Below are positions 1-13,417 of a stretch of DNA of 64,000 bases, piece by piece. The DNA lies in NCBI GenBank assembly GCA_013239625.1, contig MU056050.1:2528084-2592083 (forward strand), written 5' to 3'. Below the pieces are notes generated by a model. The model was not told where the DNA came from, made no database searches, and saw only the letters and a list, made by a program, of their open reading frames with translations. The stretch is from Lama guanicoe (lineage: Eukaryota). A program made the position numbers and the translations under genes. How positions within the stretch are numbered: the first letter of the stretch is position 1; every line of letters starts with the position of its first letter.

Positions 1-1067
1 TCCAAGTCAGGTAGTTAGTTCAATTGAGTTTTTGGCCGAGGACTGAATTGTTTTAACAAAAGGCTTTGCCCATTCTAGGAGCTTCAGTTCATTACAACTC
101 TTTTAAAGCTTTGTATGTTTAGAGTTAAGCAAGATCTTTTTTCTCCCCATGAGTTGTGAAATTTAATGCATGAAGCTGATGTGGCTAACAAGTTTATTTT
201 AAGAATTGTTTAGAAGTGCTGTTGCTTCAGGTTCTTAAATCACTCAGCACTCCAACTTCTAATCAGATTTTTAAAAACTTACCAATGTTTGTCTGTGTTC
301 ACACTCGAAAAAGCACTGGATCCTTCCCATCTAATTGTGCAAAGAATAATCACTTGGAAGGTCGAAAATACAGCCAGATCCAAATCTCCCTGCCCTTCCC
401 AAAATAGTTTTCAGTATCTACATGTAGACATTCCTTTTCTGTATAAAGTTCCCTCTCAGATTTCAAAGGTACCACCTATTTTACTACATTTTAGTCATGT
501 GAAGAGTCAAGTTGTTCTATAATAATTTCTTTATTTGTAGTAATCTAGTATGCTGATCAAAAGTCTTAATTTTTGAGAAATGGGTTTAGTGTTTATAAAC
601 TGTAGTTTATTAATTCATGGCTTTGTATTGCCTTTCCTGCTAGATTTTTGTTTTTGTTTTTCCCCCTTTGGTTAGGAGCTAAGATCAGGTAGAAGGGGTG
701 TAGCAAATGTATATAATGTGATTTGGCCCTGTGTATTACGATCTTTTGTTGTTTTTATTGTTATGTTATTTAAATGTTGGTAGTTTTTCTCTTGTTTTCA
801 TTTTAGTGGTTAAAATTGATATTTTGAACTCTCTGAATGGAGACTACCACCACAGCGTTATTTGCACGTATTGTACCCTTTAGACCCAGGTCATTGTTTT
901 ATTTCCTGATTACCTAGATGTTGAATATGGGGGAAAAGGGTGGAGGGGTGGGAGAAATGGGATAGATTGTATATCATTTCCATTGGAGAAATAAGAAAAT
1001 GGGAGGGAGTATCTGATAGATAGTTATTTTTAGCCAAAACTGCTTTTAAAAAAAGAAAAAAGATATA

Positions 1068-1165
1068 GCCATTTCATCTGTGAAATAAGAATAGTACCTG
1101 TCTTACAAAGTTATAAGAGTTCAAGGAGTCCATATATGTAAGATACCTGCTATAAATGTTAATTC
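1068..1165 (+). mobile_element. MIR fragment in XIAP 3' UTR
   Basis: tttcatctgtgaaataagaatagtacctg resembles the MIR core. Confidence 0.5.
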
Positions 1166-1469
1166 CCTTCCTAATACTCCATGGGTTTGCCTTGACTCTG
1201 GAAATTTGGGCTAAAACTTAGATAATAACTCTTTCAGTAACTCTTACTCATGGTTTATGGAGTTTCTCATAACTTAAGATGCAAATTACACTAAACAAGT
1301 AGGTCAAGTCCTTAAAAATATTTAAATTCCTTTTTTAAAAACTTGAAAAAATTATTCTTACCAAGTTTGGTTGAGCTTTCCTAATAAAAACAGTTGGCTT
1401 ATTCCCACCTTCACAATCAGTTTCCATTTGACTCTTACACACTTAGCACAATGTGAATTTCATTTGCAG

Positions 1470-1620
1470 CATAATAGAATCATAGAGTGTCAGAGCTAGA
1501 AGTGACCTTAGAGAGTATCTAATTCATCCCGCGTGTTTTACAGATGAGGCAACTGAGGCTCAAAGATGAAACGATTTGTTCAAAGCTGTATAGCTAATTA
1601 GTGGTAGCCCAGACTGGGAA
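1470..1620 (-). mobile_element. MIR/MIR3 SINE in XIAP 3' UTR
   Basis: agaatcatagagtgtcagagctagaagtgaccttagag...ttttacagatgaggcaactgaggctca is a typical reverse MIR core. Confidence 0.75.
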
Positions 1621-2238
1621 ATAGTTTGAAGGTGAGAAACTTCAAGGTTCCTCTCCTGGGAGGCCTCAAATGTTTATTTTTTCAACTATGCTTTCTTCTG
1701 TACCATAATCTTCACTACATGTTAAATGACACTTTATAACTAATACAATAGGACAATCTTAAATACATATAGGTTCAAATTGTACAATACTACATTAATG
1801 TTTGGGTGGTAAGATTCTATTTTGAAGTCTAAAGTTTGCAGATACGTGTATAGTTTTATGCATTTACTACATTCTTACTGTGTATCATTAATGGAACATT
1901 TAAAATTACTATATAAGTATATTTTGTCATTCTGTCTATACTTAGTACCAAATTTGCATTTTTGATTTGATGTAACAAAGAGTTTAATCTTTTAGATTTT
2001 GCATTTTTTTCATTACTGTTATACTTTATCTAACCTGACAGAATGACTGATTCTTGTCGTTGTATTAGTGTTGTGAATAATCACGTGAACTGTTTGAGAT
2101 AGAGTACTATATTTGTGAATATAATTTTATGACTTTTTTCATTTAGTGGAAACCTTTCCATCAGTATGGAAAACTAAGAAAATAGCTTTCTACTGTATAA
2201 TCTGGCAGTCATCATAGATTAAAGCTTATTTTTCTGTG

Positions 2239-2300
2239 AATAAAGCTTATTCAATAAAATACTATTCTTTAAAATGATATTACTTTGTATTTGTTTCACT
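2239..2300 (+). terminator. XIAP: Tandem poly(A) signals with downstream U/GU-rich element
   Basis: AATAAA at 2239-2244 and 2253-2258, followed by tactttgtatttgtttcact. Confidence 0.75.
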
Positions 2301-2969
2301 TTCTCAGAAAAAAATATAATAGACCTCTTAAAAATACTGAAATGTAACCTCCTAAATATATTCTATGCCACTGGGCCAGGCATTAAGGTACACATCAAGT
2401 CATGTCATGTTTAAAAAAAAAAGACACCCATTTTCACATGAATTTATAGAATTCTATACTTGCATGAAAAGTTAGTTTTTAACATATTTAAAAATATGAA
2501 CCCGCCTCCCCCACAAAGATTGGCCTGGTTGACTCAAGAGGCAGTAAAGTCAGCATAACAAGGCTTGAACAGCCAGAGATTTAAAAAGCCACTGCCCCTT
2601 TGAGGCAGACAGGAGAGAAGGATTTTTGTGAGTCTGTAGAGGCAGTTTCCCAGAGAGTTTCAGAAGCTGCAAGCAAATCTGGTGGGATAAAAAGTGAGGG
2701 AGTAAAGGATCATTAAAGGGAGAGAGAAATGTAGAAGTCGGCATTTCAAGTGGCTATTTCCCCTACCCCTTCCTGCCCACAGCGGAGGTTCCTAAACTGA
2801 GAGTTCTGTTTCAGGCCCAGTCTGTATAGTGATTGATTGTTGAATCCTTGACTATTATCAGTGTTATCTGAGATATACCATAAGACTTTGTCTTAAATGC
2901 AATCCACATTTCTTACATGTCAACTACACTTTCAATGAATATTGATGAAGATACGAATTTTCAAAGCTT

Positions 2970-3200
2970 TCTCTTACAGAAATTTTCAAACTTACATAAA
3001 AGTAGAAAGGAAATATAATGAGCCCCATGGTACTCATCATTCAGCTTCAACAAATAACATATTGCCAATCCTGTTTGATCTAGGACACCCCCTCTTTTTC
3101 TTTATTTGCTGATATATTCTAGAGCAAATCCTAGACGTTATTTCTCCTGTAAAATTGCCTTGTTATGTACCTATACTAGATTAGAACATTTTTTATAAAA
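2970..3200 (-). mobile_element. Old L1 (L1M) 3' end fragment
   Basis: aaattttcaaacttacataaaagtagaa...tataatgagccccatg resembles old L1M 3' UTRs; a related copy lies near 19690. Confidence 0.55.
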
Positions 3201-3421
3201 ATTATGAATTTTTAACTCACCAGTATCACTGCTAAAATTTAATGGACATCTGAACAAGACTTAAAATCAACTTTATTCCCTCTTCCTCCCTATTTGAAGA
3301 TTAAGGTAAATAAATCCCCTCAAAACTGACATTATCATTTAAAAATATTTTTAAACAATGTTCTCACTGTTTCACTTGTAGTTTGCTTATAGATTGTAGA
3401 ATAAATATACTTAGTAGGCTA

Positions 3422-3817
3422 ATTTGCAACAACATGGATGGATCTAGAGAGTGTTACGCTTAGTGAAATAAGTCAGAGAGATAGATAAATACTATATGAT
3501 ATCATATGTGGAATCTAAAAAATTAACAAATGTATACAACAAAACAGAAACAGACTCACAGGTATAGAGAACAAACTAGTGGTTACCAGTGGAGGGGGGT
3601 GGCAATATAGGGGTAAGGGATTGATAAATGCAAACTACTATGTATAAAATGGATAAGCAACAAGGATATATTGTACAACACAAATATAGCCATTATTTTG
3701 TAGTCACTAATTGGAGTATAAGCTATACAAACATTGAATTACATTGTTGTACACCTGAAACTAATATAATACTGTAAGTCAACTATACTTCAGTTTTAAA
3801 AAATTAAAAATTAAATA
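3422..3817 (+). mobile_element. L1 3' end (L1MA9/artiodactyl-type) with A-rich tail
   Basis: tttgcaacaacatggatggatctagag...agtgaaataagtcag...acacctgaaactaatataatactgtaagtcaactatacttca followed by an A tail. Confidence 0.85.
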
Positions 3818-3853
3818 AGAGTTGGTATGCTAACTGCATGCTGTATGGATACC

Positions 3854-4040
3854 TAGTGGTTCTCAAAGTGTGATCTGGGGATCAGTAACATCTGCATTAC
3901 GTGGAAATTTGTTAGAAATGCAAATTATTGGGTCTCAACTCAAACCTACTGAATCAGAAACCCTGGGATGTAACCCAGCAATCTGTTTTAACAACCCCTC
4001 TAGGTGGTTCTGATGCAGGCTAAAGTTTGAAAAACCACTG
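3854..4040. mobile_element. MER5A-like hAT-Charlie non-autonomous DNA transposon
   Basis: Ends (t)agtggttctcaaa / tttgaaaaaccactg; internal gttagaaatgcaaatt...ctactgaatcagaaac. Confidence 0.85.
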
Positions 4041-7000
4041 GAATATCGTATGGGGTCTGAATCCAGAAATAACTAAATGGCCGAAACCTGTAAATCAAAT
4101 TGATGTCACTCTGCAGATGGCTGTCGTCCTCACCTTTCTTCTGATAACTCATTGCCGATCCAGTCTTGTATTTTCTCTTGCTACCAAAATGTTAAGACAT
4201 AAAATGCAACATCCTGAAAGTCCCTTCTGATTCCATTTTTCAACAGAGTTTTCTTCCAGACAGTACTCTGAATTTTGTAATGAAAATCAATCTTCAGCCC
4301 TTACACTGCTAAATAGCCCCATGTTGCTCTGCTATTAAACTATCCTCCAATCAAGCAGCAGAAGAGTTAAGTATTTGAAGACTCACTTGTAAGCGCTAGT
4401 GTGACAGCAATCAGTTGAAATCGTACAGAACAGATCTGCACTTCTAGAAAGAGCCAAAGCTTCAGTAAAATGTGAGCAGTTAATCTACAAATGATAGAAT
4501 TTGAGTTGGAAGGGCTCAGCCTCTAATTCATAATAACTAGCAGTTCTGAATTCTGAAATTTTTAAAGCTGTGGCACAAAAGAACCAAAGAAAATTCTTAC
4601 AGTGATCTTATGTCTCTAAAGGCCTGGAGAGTGCATAAATCCACACTAAGGTCAATATTGGTCTCTAACTGTAACCAAAATAAAAATCTTAAGGTAGGTA
4701 AGGCTAGATGAAAGTCTGATTTAGTTTTCTTTCTTTCCCTGCAAACCACTAGCTTGCTTATAAAAAACACTTCTAAAACCTAGCCATTTGGCTTTGTATA
4801 GATTTGGTCTGTTTAGAGGGTTCCCCCCCAATCTTATTTGGTTTAATTTGGTATTTCCAAGACCCTATAAGCACCATAACTAATGACTACAGCATAAGAA
4901 ATCTTTTGCATGGGCCTATACTTGCTAACTTTAGGCTTATGAATAAATTATTGGAAGGATACTGGTTCAAAACAAATAAGGAATAAGAACCTAAGAGAAA
5001 CCAAACTTTATTCCTCCCTTTTATTTTCCCAGAAGAATTTAAATTTTCAAAAAAGACTATGGTATAATTAATTGAGGTAATAGTATTTAAACAATGATCT
5101 TGCTTCAAAATCTAATTCTTGTTTCAAAGACTTTTATGTTCCCAAACTGTTTTTTACATACGAAATTGTAAATGTCCATTTGTTAACAAAACTTTTGAGA
5201 GTTCTTTCTTTTAAGTCTGTGCATTGTGTTTCTTTAACTTTATTCCGTTACTGGGTACTAGGGATTTCTTTTTAATTCCATTAGCTTAAATAAGGGGCTT
5301 TGCATTTTTGGCTAAAGCATCAAAAATGTATTTTCTCATTAAATACTGGAATTTTGTTTGGCAGTGACTAGGCTCCCCTTCTGCCAGATTGCTGAAAATT
5401 GGATTCAGGAAAAGAGAACACATGAGTATGTTCATGAAAACTTACTGGTGTTTCAGAGGAACTTAAATGAATAACAAAGACCCCAAATCTCCTCTGTAAA
5501 ATTAAACTGAAGTGGAGAAAAACTTGCTAAAAATCATTTTATTTTTTATTAAATAAACATTGTGCATGGATTTCCTAGCAGAAATTTAACAAAGTCCTGT
5601 GTTAATCATTAAGAGAATGACCTAACTGACCTGGAAAAACATGGTTCTCTTTCAACTAGACTTTTGTTTGTTTGTTTGTTTGTTATTTGATTACTAAAAA
5701 GAATATACTCTACTGTGCTTAAACCTTTCTTGGTTTTCTACTGTAAATATTTCAGATATATTATATTCTTATGTGAGCTATAAGAATTAACTAAAAAGAC
5801 CTATCCTATGTATGAGTTATAAATCAGTATTTGGTCGCTTATATGTAATGAAATGTAACAAAATATTAACACATGGGGATAAGAATCCCTACTCCACCTA
5901 CCTTAGAGGATTTTTGCAAGGCTCATATAAGTAAATGCACAAAAAAGAGCTTCAAAAAGTATAAACTATATAAGCTCAAGGAATCATTCCTCTAATTGCA
6001 GTTTACTAGACTAATTATGGCTTAGTTTCACACAAAATGAAACAGTTGTGGACCAGTATCTGATTAATCAAGGGTGTATAGTGATGAAATTCATTTATAT
6101 AGCTTCTTGGCCATTTCCATGGCTCTCAAAATCCTTTACATACATTATCTCTTTGCCTTCCACTCTCTACATGGTTAATCCTATGTTTAAATCAGAAGTA
6201 TACGGGTAATGGCACAGAGATAATTGGATAAATTGTTGCTATGTACAATTGTGGAAATTATGTTCATTAAACCCTGCCATTCAAGTGGCCCTTAAATAGA
6301 TTTGCTTGGGCAGTTGGGTCAGCTATGTTTTCTAACATATGAAAACAAGAATATATAAAACATAAATTCAGGGATGATAAAATAATTGGTCTGGTACTCT
6401 CGCACTATACCATTGTGTCTCTCATTCATTATATTCGTAGCATCTCTGTAATTTACAGCTGAAGATCCCCAGACATAGAGGTTATGTGACTCACCTAAAT
6501 CATATGGTGAATCACCAGTTGAACTGTTCTTATGGGCAGCGAAAATGTTTCTAGCTAATTTTTTTGGCATGAGTTAGCTAAATTGGCTGCCTCACTGTCT
6601 GAAGTTTGAGTATATATGTCCAAATCTAGGCTCTTTTTTGGATGGCAAGACCTGGCTGGCCATATGATACCAAACCACAAAACCAAATAGAAGTAATAAA
6701 TGGGTATATGTGGTCCTTAGCATGTCTACTCAACTAGAATTGAAAAATTAAAGTAATTGTAAAAAAAACACCAAAATTAATAACTATGTTTCTGACCTCA
6801 AGGATTTGGAAATGAGAAAGACAACCTTTCCCTATATTGCCGAGGCAAACCGTGAAGGTCAGGAACCATATCTTCCTAATCACTATGTTCCCAATGACTA
6901 GGATGCTGTGTCGTCCATTAATAAGCACCTAGGTTGATTTTTCAGTATATAGATGTATGAGTGAAGAAATGAATGAAAAATTTAATAAATGAATAAAGTA

Positions 7001-7886
7001 GGAAAGCCTTCTCATCTAAAAGTTGTGCAGTGACAAATAAAACTTGGAATCAATACTGACTTTCTACAGATTTCACTTTTTTTAATGCATGAACATTAAA
7101 CACCTACTATGTGCCAGGCTCTGTGCTAGATGCTGGGGAGTCCATTCTATCATAGAACATGAAGGAGAATGGGAACTGGATCTAATTCAAACTGTTTGGG
7201 GAGGGTCTTGGGGAGCAGTTTTCTGGAGGGTGGGCCCTTGAAGTAGTCAAGGAGGTGGTGGAAAGCAGTTCTGCCTAGGAGAGAAGCAAGTGCAGAGCTC
7301 AGAATCCAGAAAGTCTGACACATCTGAAGACTAAAAGTGGAGGTTTTCAATGAGAGGTCCAAAAGCATTTATTAGGAATCCTCAAGGGCATTTTATGTGC
7401 ACTAGGTCTCCTTGGGTACACATTTAGGATAAATTTGGTCTCTCTTTCCCCCTATAGATCAGAGAAATCCAGGTGGTTTGATGGGTTTTGAATTTCTGAG
7501 CAAGAAACTAGTAAGTTATTTTCTGAAGCAGGTTTCATGAGGTATGTCGGGGGATAAGAGAAAGGATATTCATTCACCAGGCAACCATCACCTTTTCTAG
7601 GCCTTTGCTGAGGCTGGATAGTATACACAAGGCTCACACAGGTTTCTTTTTATTTGAAATACATATTTAAATTCAGCCACCTTGTTCAGTAAGTTTAACA
7701 AAATCTTGTTTCACTTCATTGTTGACCTCTACCAATGTCTTCTCAATCCTGTTAAATTGTACCAACAGTGTGTATTAAGTGCTTGCAGTGTACACAGAAA
7801 TTCTGGGAGGTAGTGATAGAAGAAAATAAGACCCAGGATAGGTCCTCTTGGAGTTTACGGTCTTAGTAGCAGAAAGAGTTTTAGCC

Positions 7887-8030
7887 GGGAAGGTATGCTC
7901 AGTGGTAGAGCATGTGCTTAGCATACAGGAAGTCCTGGGTTCAATTCCCCAGTACCTCCATTAAAATAATAAACAAACAAACAAACAAATCTAATTACCT
8001 CCTCCCAAAAACAAAAACCAAAAATAAAAA
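7887..8030 (+). mobile_element. Camelid tRNA-derived SINE (vic-1-like)
   Basis: A box gctcagtggtagag, B box gggttcaattccc, then AT-rich (aaac)n-ctaattacctcc tail. Confidence 0.85.
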
Positions 8031-10221
8031 GATTTATATTTGTCATTCATAAGGTATTTCCCCATCCCAAACATAGTACAGGGACCATTGGTAACCACGG
8101 TGCTATTTAATGCAAGAAAAAAAATCAAAGGAACAAAAGAATGTAAATATAGTGTGACAGAGCACTAGATTCTGTGGTATAGACTATCATCCTTCTGTGT
8201 GAGGATGATAGTGAAGGACAAGTGAGGGTGTGGCCCAATAATTGGAGCAGGTTTCATGAAAGTGGTATGGCTAAAGCTGCAGGACCTCAGATTGTTGAAG
8301 GCTGTTCCAGATACTAAAACTCCATGATTGTATGTGATATATTTGTTGTTGTCATTTTGTTTTGTTTTCTATGCAAGGTTAATGATGGAGGACAGAAGGA
8401 CCAACTTGGGCTGTTATGCTATAGGCTTCTGTGTGTGTTCTGGCATGTGTCTTGAATAACATTTTAATATATTTCCATACACATTCCATCAAATAATGAC
8501 TCTTTGAACAGCATTCCATCTTAAAAGGAATTCAGCCTCCTTTACTTCCAAGCGAAAAATAGAAGCCAAAATGTGTTCAAAGCCCTGCTCAGGCATTCCC
8601 TCTTCTTTTGGAAATGGTCAATTAACTCAAATGACAAATCAGGAACAGGAGCAACTCAGCAGGTGATTCATGGTGTGACTGAAGGGGCCTGGTTCCCTGT
8701 CTGTCTCAGTTTCTTCATCGTCTGTGGGAAATACTGGTCTCACAGAGGTGTTATGAAAAATAATTAAAGTTGGTAATGTGCTTTGAGATAGAAGGACGAA
8801 CCATACTTTCAAAGTCTGTAATTACACACTGCAGTGAGTCTCTCAGACTGGCTTCCTCTACTCACTCTTTCATAGGTATTTAAAATGACCTAATTTAGGT
8901 AGGTTTTCTTTGTTCTTAAGTTACTACTACATTATTTAGCCACTGATACCAGTTACCTTTAAAATAGAATGCAACCCACAGTAGTAGTCAGGACCACTAA
9001 TCCTTTGGCTTTAGGATTCTTAAAGTCTTTCCTTTTGAGGAGTTTAGTTTTCCAGATCACTCTCTACCTTCATTCTCAATTTTTCCACTTCAGTTGGCTC
9101 ACTTATCTCCTCTCTGTTGACAGTCCCAAAAGATTATAAAAGATCAGCTCAAAGGCTTCACCGAAACCAAACAAGGAGGCCCCTCTTTGCTTTGCTTAAT
9201 ACTTGATAATTTCTTCTTTGCTGTTCTTATTCCTCTTCTTTCCCTCCTCCCCATTTTAATTGACCGGTTGGAAACACCCAGCAGGTGAAATTCTTTAGAT
9301 GACTCCACAGCAGGAGAAGAAAAGAGATGCTGAAATCCCAATGTTGAGCTGTTGAGTTGGGGGAGGAAAGAGGCTGGGATTGGCCAAGCAGAAAACAAGA
9401 GGGGAGATGCGAGCAAGATGTTGTGACAACATGCTGAGTCCACCCGGGTAGTAAGGGGAAACCTAGAACAACAAAGCCAATTGAGAACGCGTGAGAAAAG
9501 AACCACTGACCCCTAACCCCAGGCCGCCACCCCACAAACTCCTTTTGCCATTTTGCCATTTGAGAGAAGGAAGCAAGAGACTGTGGTATCGCTGCTCATC
9601 ACAGGAAAAACAACGTCAAGATTATATATCCTAAGGACCTTGGGTTCACAGTGACATCTTTATGTTCAAAGGAAAGCACACTTTTTCTTAACGTTTGGTT
9701 CCAAGATGGAATATGAAATGGAATACGAGACTATGAGTATAAATCAAGCTTTTTTCTTAAGCTCCTTTTGAGTTCTGTCATTTACCAATACGTGTGACAA
9801 TTTTGACATACAAATCTCAGGCAACAGCTTTCTCTCATTCACCCCTATCCCCAAAGTTCTGTCTGCACTACCTGGGGGGCAATGTCCTTTAATACAAACC
9901 GCTACTTGTAGCAGTGCCCATTGCTGAAGGGCTTCAGTTACTGTCACTAAACGAGAACTTTACCAGAGTAAAATATCCAGAGAGTGGGTCAGTTTTACTC
10001 TTTTACTTTGCTGGTAGGAAGTATTTTCCTTCAAATGGAGTAAAAAACACAGAGGGCTTTTACTGTTCTTGAAATACTGTAGCACTGCATATGTTTCTCA
10101 CTCTAAGTGCAGAAAACTTTTGAAAAATATCTATTTATATAACATTTTGGAAATGACACCACTAATCTGACCGCCTAGCCAGTGCTTTTCCAAAAAAGTG
10201 ATGTGTGAAGAACAATATATA

Positions 10222-10494
10222 GGGGAGGGAGGGTATAGCTCAGTGGTAGAGTGTGTGCTTAGAATGCACGAGGTCGTGGGTTCAATCCCTGGTAACTCCA
10301 CAAAAAATAATAAGTAAATAAACCTGATTACCTACCCCTCCAAAAAAATAAATAAATACAATTGGAGGGGGGAGGGTACAGCTCACGTGGTAGAGCGCAT
10401 GCCTAGCAATCACAATGTCCTGGGTTCAATCCCCAGTACCTCCTCTAAAAATAAATAAATAAACCTAATTACCTACCTTTTTACACCCCCCCAA
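10222..10494 (+). mobile_element. Head-to-tail dimer of camelid tRNA-derived SINEs
   Basis: Two A/B-box units. Flanks aagaacaatatata (10208-10221) and aagaacaatgtgta (10495-10508) form a 12/14 TSD. Confidence 0.9.
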
Positions 10495-10614
10495 AAGAAC
10501 AATGTGTAAAGGTCACTGAACTAAAAACCAGAAGAAATAGATTTTATTAGTAGCTCTGACATTGTATATTTTGACAAGATACTTAATTTGATAGACTTAT
10601 TTTTTATATAACAA

Positions 10615-10985
10615 GGAGAAGGCAGAGGAAGTTATGTGGTTATAAAAGGGCAAATTGAGGAATCCTTGTGATATTGTAACTGTTCTGTATCTTGACTGTG
10701 ATGCTAGATACATGAATTAACATGGGTGACAAAATTGTACATAAATTAATATAATTTATTTACACTTGCATGCATGCACACACACACACATACACACACA
10801 AATCAGAGCAAAACCAGTGGATTGTATCAATGTCAATGTTCTGGTTGTGATATAATGCTATAGTTTTGCAAGATGTTACCACTGGGGAGACCTGGGCAAA
10901 GTGTACAAGGGATTTCTCTATATTATTTCTTACAACTGTAGGCAAATCTATAATTATCTCAATAACAATTTCAATTTTTAAAAAG
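10615..10985 (+). mobile_element. L1MC/L1MD-type 3' end with internal (CA)n
   Basis: gaggaatccttgtgatattgtaactgttctgtatcttgactgtg...gttttgcaagatgttaccactggggagacctggg...tttcttacaactgta. Confidence 0.8.
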
Positions 10986-13417
10986 TTAACCAGGACTTTT
11001 CTAGGCCCCACTCAAATAGTATAGGCAAGGAGACAAACTACCCATGGTTGAGACCAAGAGAAGAAAGCTAGACCCTGAAGACTGAGTGACCCAGAACCAA
11101 AATTTGATAAATCAGAAAAGAAAAAAAAATGGTTTTTGATTACAACTTAACATTCCAGATAAAGGATTTAGGTTACGAATTAGTTAAAAAAAAAAAGATG
11201 CTGAATTGTACAATATTTGTTTTAAATATTTATTGTAAATAAATATATAATAATATAAATAAATATTTAATATTTATTTCTTTTAAAAGTTGATCTAAGA
11301 TATGAAATTTAAAAAACAAATAGCTGTACTTTCTAATGCCTATTCCATTATTTCATTATAAAATTGTATCTTTATGAATAAGGTTGGGGAAATCATGCTG
11401 ATGTTTGGGCAGAAATTTGTCTGAACCCACATGTCATCAATGGGAAATGACTGGTTCAGATTTGTTTGGAGAAATGAATAAAACTTATAAAGGTTAAATC
11501 TTCACACTAAGTATCAAGTGACAGCAAATGTTGTAGACACAGACTTTTTTTGGAAATGAACAAAAATATTAAGCCTATGTTTTGAATATATATTTGAACC
11601 AAAAAGGAAGCAGTAGATAGGACCAAAGTGAGATGGAAAAGACACTAGCTGGAGCCATTGATATTCTCTGTTAGATTATTATTATCCTGAGGGAATAAAA
11701 GAGGAAAAACCGGCTTAGCCCATCTGTTTAAGTATTAAAACTTCTCCAATTAAATTATTTTGTGTGAGTCAATAATGAGGTAATTCAGATAGAATCAAAC
11801 TAATAAACACCTTGATATAGAACTGAAAAGAATTCCAGGTCAAAGTCAAATCTCTGCCTAGTATCCTATTGGTATAATACGCAAGACTAGGCGTGGCTGA
11901 ACAATAATGAATAATACATATGCTGAAAGTCCAACTACTGTATAGCTACTCCTGGCAAATAACAGCATTCTTTCAAACAACATCCTGAAGCCTCAACAGG
12001 ATGATATTTTCCATCCCCACAAAGACTTGAAGGATATCATCCAAGCAAGAAGGAAAATAATTTCCTGGAGGCTGAGTTAGGGATCTCACTGCCAGCGTGG
12101 AATAGGAGAGAGCTCATACTTAGCAGACACAAGATCAAGATTACCACGTTGGGGAAAACATAGGAGAAATGGAAGGGCTGCTCTCCTAGAGGTTTTCAAA
12201 GACACGTGAGCAAAAGGGAACTGTCTGCTAGGTACATGATAAAAGAATTAAAGGGCTATACAGTGATATCTAATGAGCCAGAAGAAAGACTGGGTGGAGG
12301 GAACTGAAAACAGGATTCTTGAAAGCAAAAAGGCAGAAAGAAGCAATGAAGAGCTCCAGATCCAGAGGCTGCAAATATTAGCACAGAACTGATTCCAAGA
12401 CCTCCAAATGGTTGAGAAATTTTACATAAATGGAAACTGTATAAAACGTAGCACTGGTCCTAGGCTATAAGAAGAACGTGAAAGGAAAATTATTAATAAG
12501 AATTTTTAAAATGAGGATTTCAGAGAAGTACTACATAGGAACTGAAAAGGGAGTCTGGCCATATGTAATTTGGCATTTCTGGAGTAAAGTTTACATTGAC
12601 ATTCAAGTATTCCAGGTGGTCTCTAACCAAAGCTGGTGGCATCAAGCCAATCACAGTTTCATGGCCATTTAAAAACGTAGAGTTTACTATTTCAGAAACA
12701 AAAAAAGGATTTTGATGGCAATTCTCCCACAAATACAGTATTGCCTTAGATAATAATAATTATTTGAAAGCCTCTCTTTCCTTTCTGGGGCTAAGCATGC
12801 CATATTCTAACTTCATACTGCCTGTCAATTTCACTCGATAGACTTACAGACTTCTAGAACGTAAGAATTGTGGCTTACTTTTTCTGAACCCCAAGTCCCT
12901 GACATATGCTAGACACTCAATAAATGTTTGCTTCTTTCATAAAGGAAAAGCAAAGCAAATTTAGCAAAATTGAAAGGCAATGTTAACCCACCCACTGGGT
13001 CGGCAACTAAATTCTGAAAGTGCTTCTTAATAATCTCTACAAGATGACATTGAAGAAACTAGATAACGACCTAACAATTTCTTTGAGGAGGTTGGGAGAA
13101 AACAGTTCACAAAGGAAAGGAACATTACAAGAGAAGCACAATTCCTGTGTGATGTTCTAAGATGCGATAACATTAAATTACGACTGCTAACAACACTTTT
13201 CCCTTCCAGACTTACACGCAGCTTACCCTTTCATCAGCTACTCCCTGCCGTGCACCTTCTGTTTTCCCTTTAACCACACAATACCACTTGCCCTTCCTGA
13301 GATAGGCTGTGCACTTTGACTCTTCTGCGCCTTTGCTCATTATATTCACTCTGCCGGGGAAAGCTCTTGTCTCCATTGTCTTCTGGAGGATTCCTACTCA
13401 CCTATCCACTGCCAGCT

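Larger units (their letters stand above)
1..2275 (+). other. XIAP: Distal 3' UTR of XIAP (last exon, non-coding part; continues upstream of the window)
   Basis: Segments such as gctgatgtggctaacaagtttattttaagaattgtttagaa, ctacatgtagac..ttccttttctgtataaagtt and tataatgtgatttggccctgtgtatt match the human XIAP 3' UTR as I recall it. It ends in tandem AATAAA signals, and XIAP-STAG2 synteny agrees. The end coordinate is approximate. Confidence 0.85.

Noticed and set aside
9144..9559. Overlapping 110-120 aa minus-strand ORFs
   Set aside because: No recognisable homology or exon structure; region retained only as a possible regulatory element.
11215..11285. AT-rich quasi-palindromic tract
   Set aside because: Low-complexity sequence; symmetry expected by chance.
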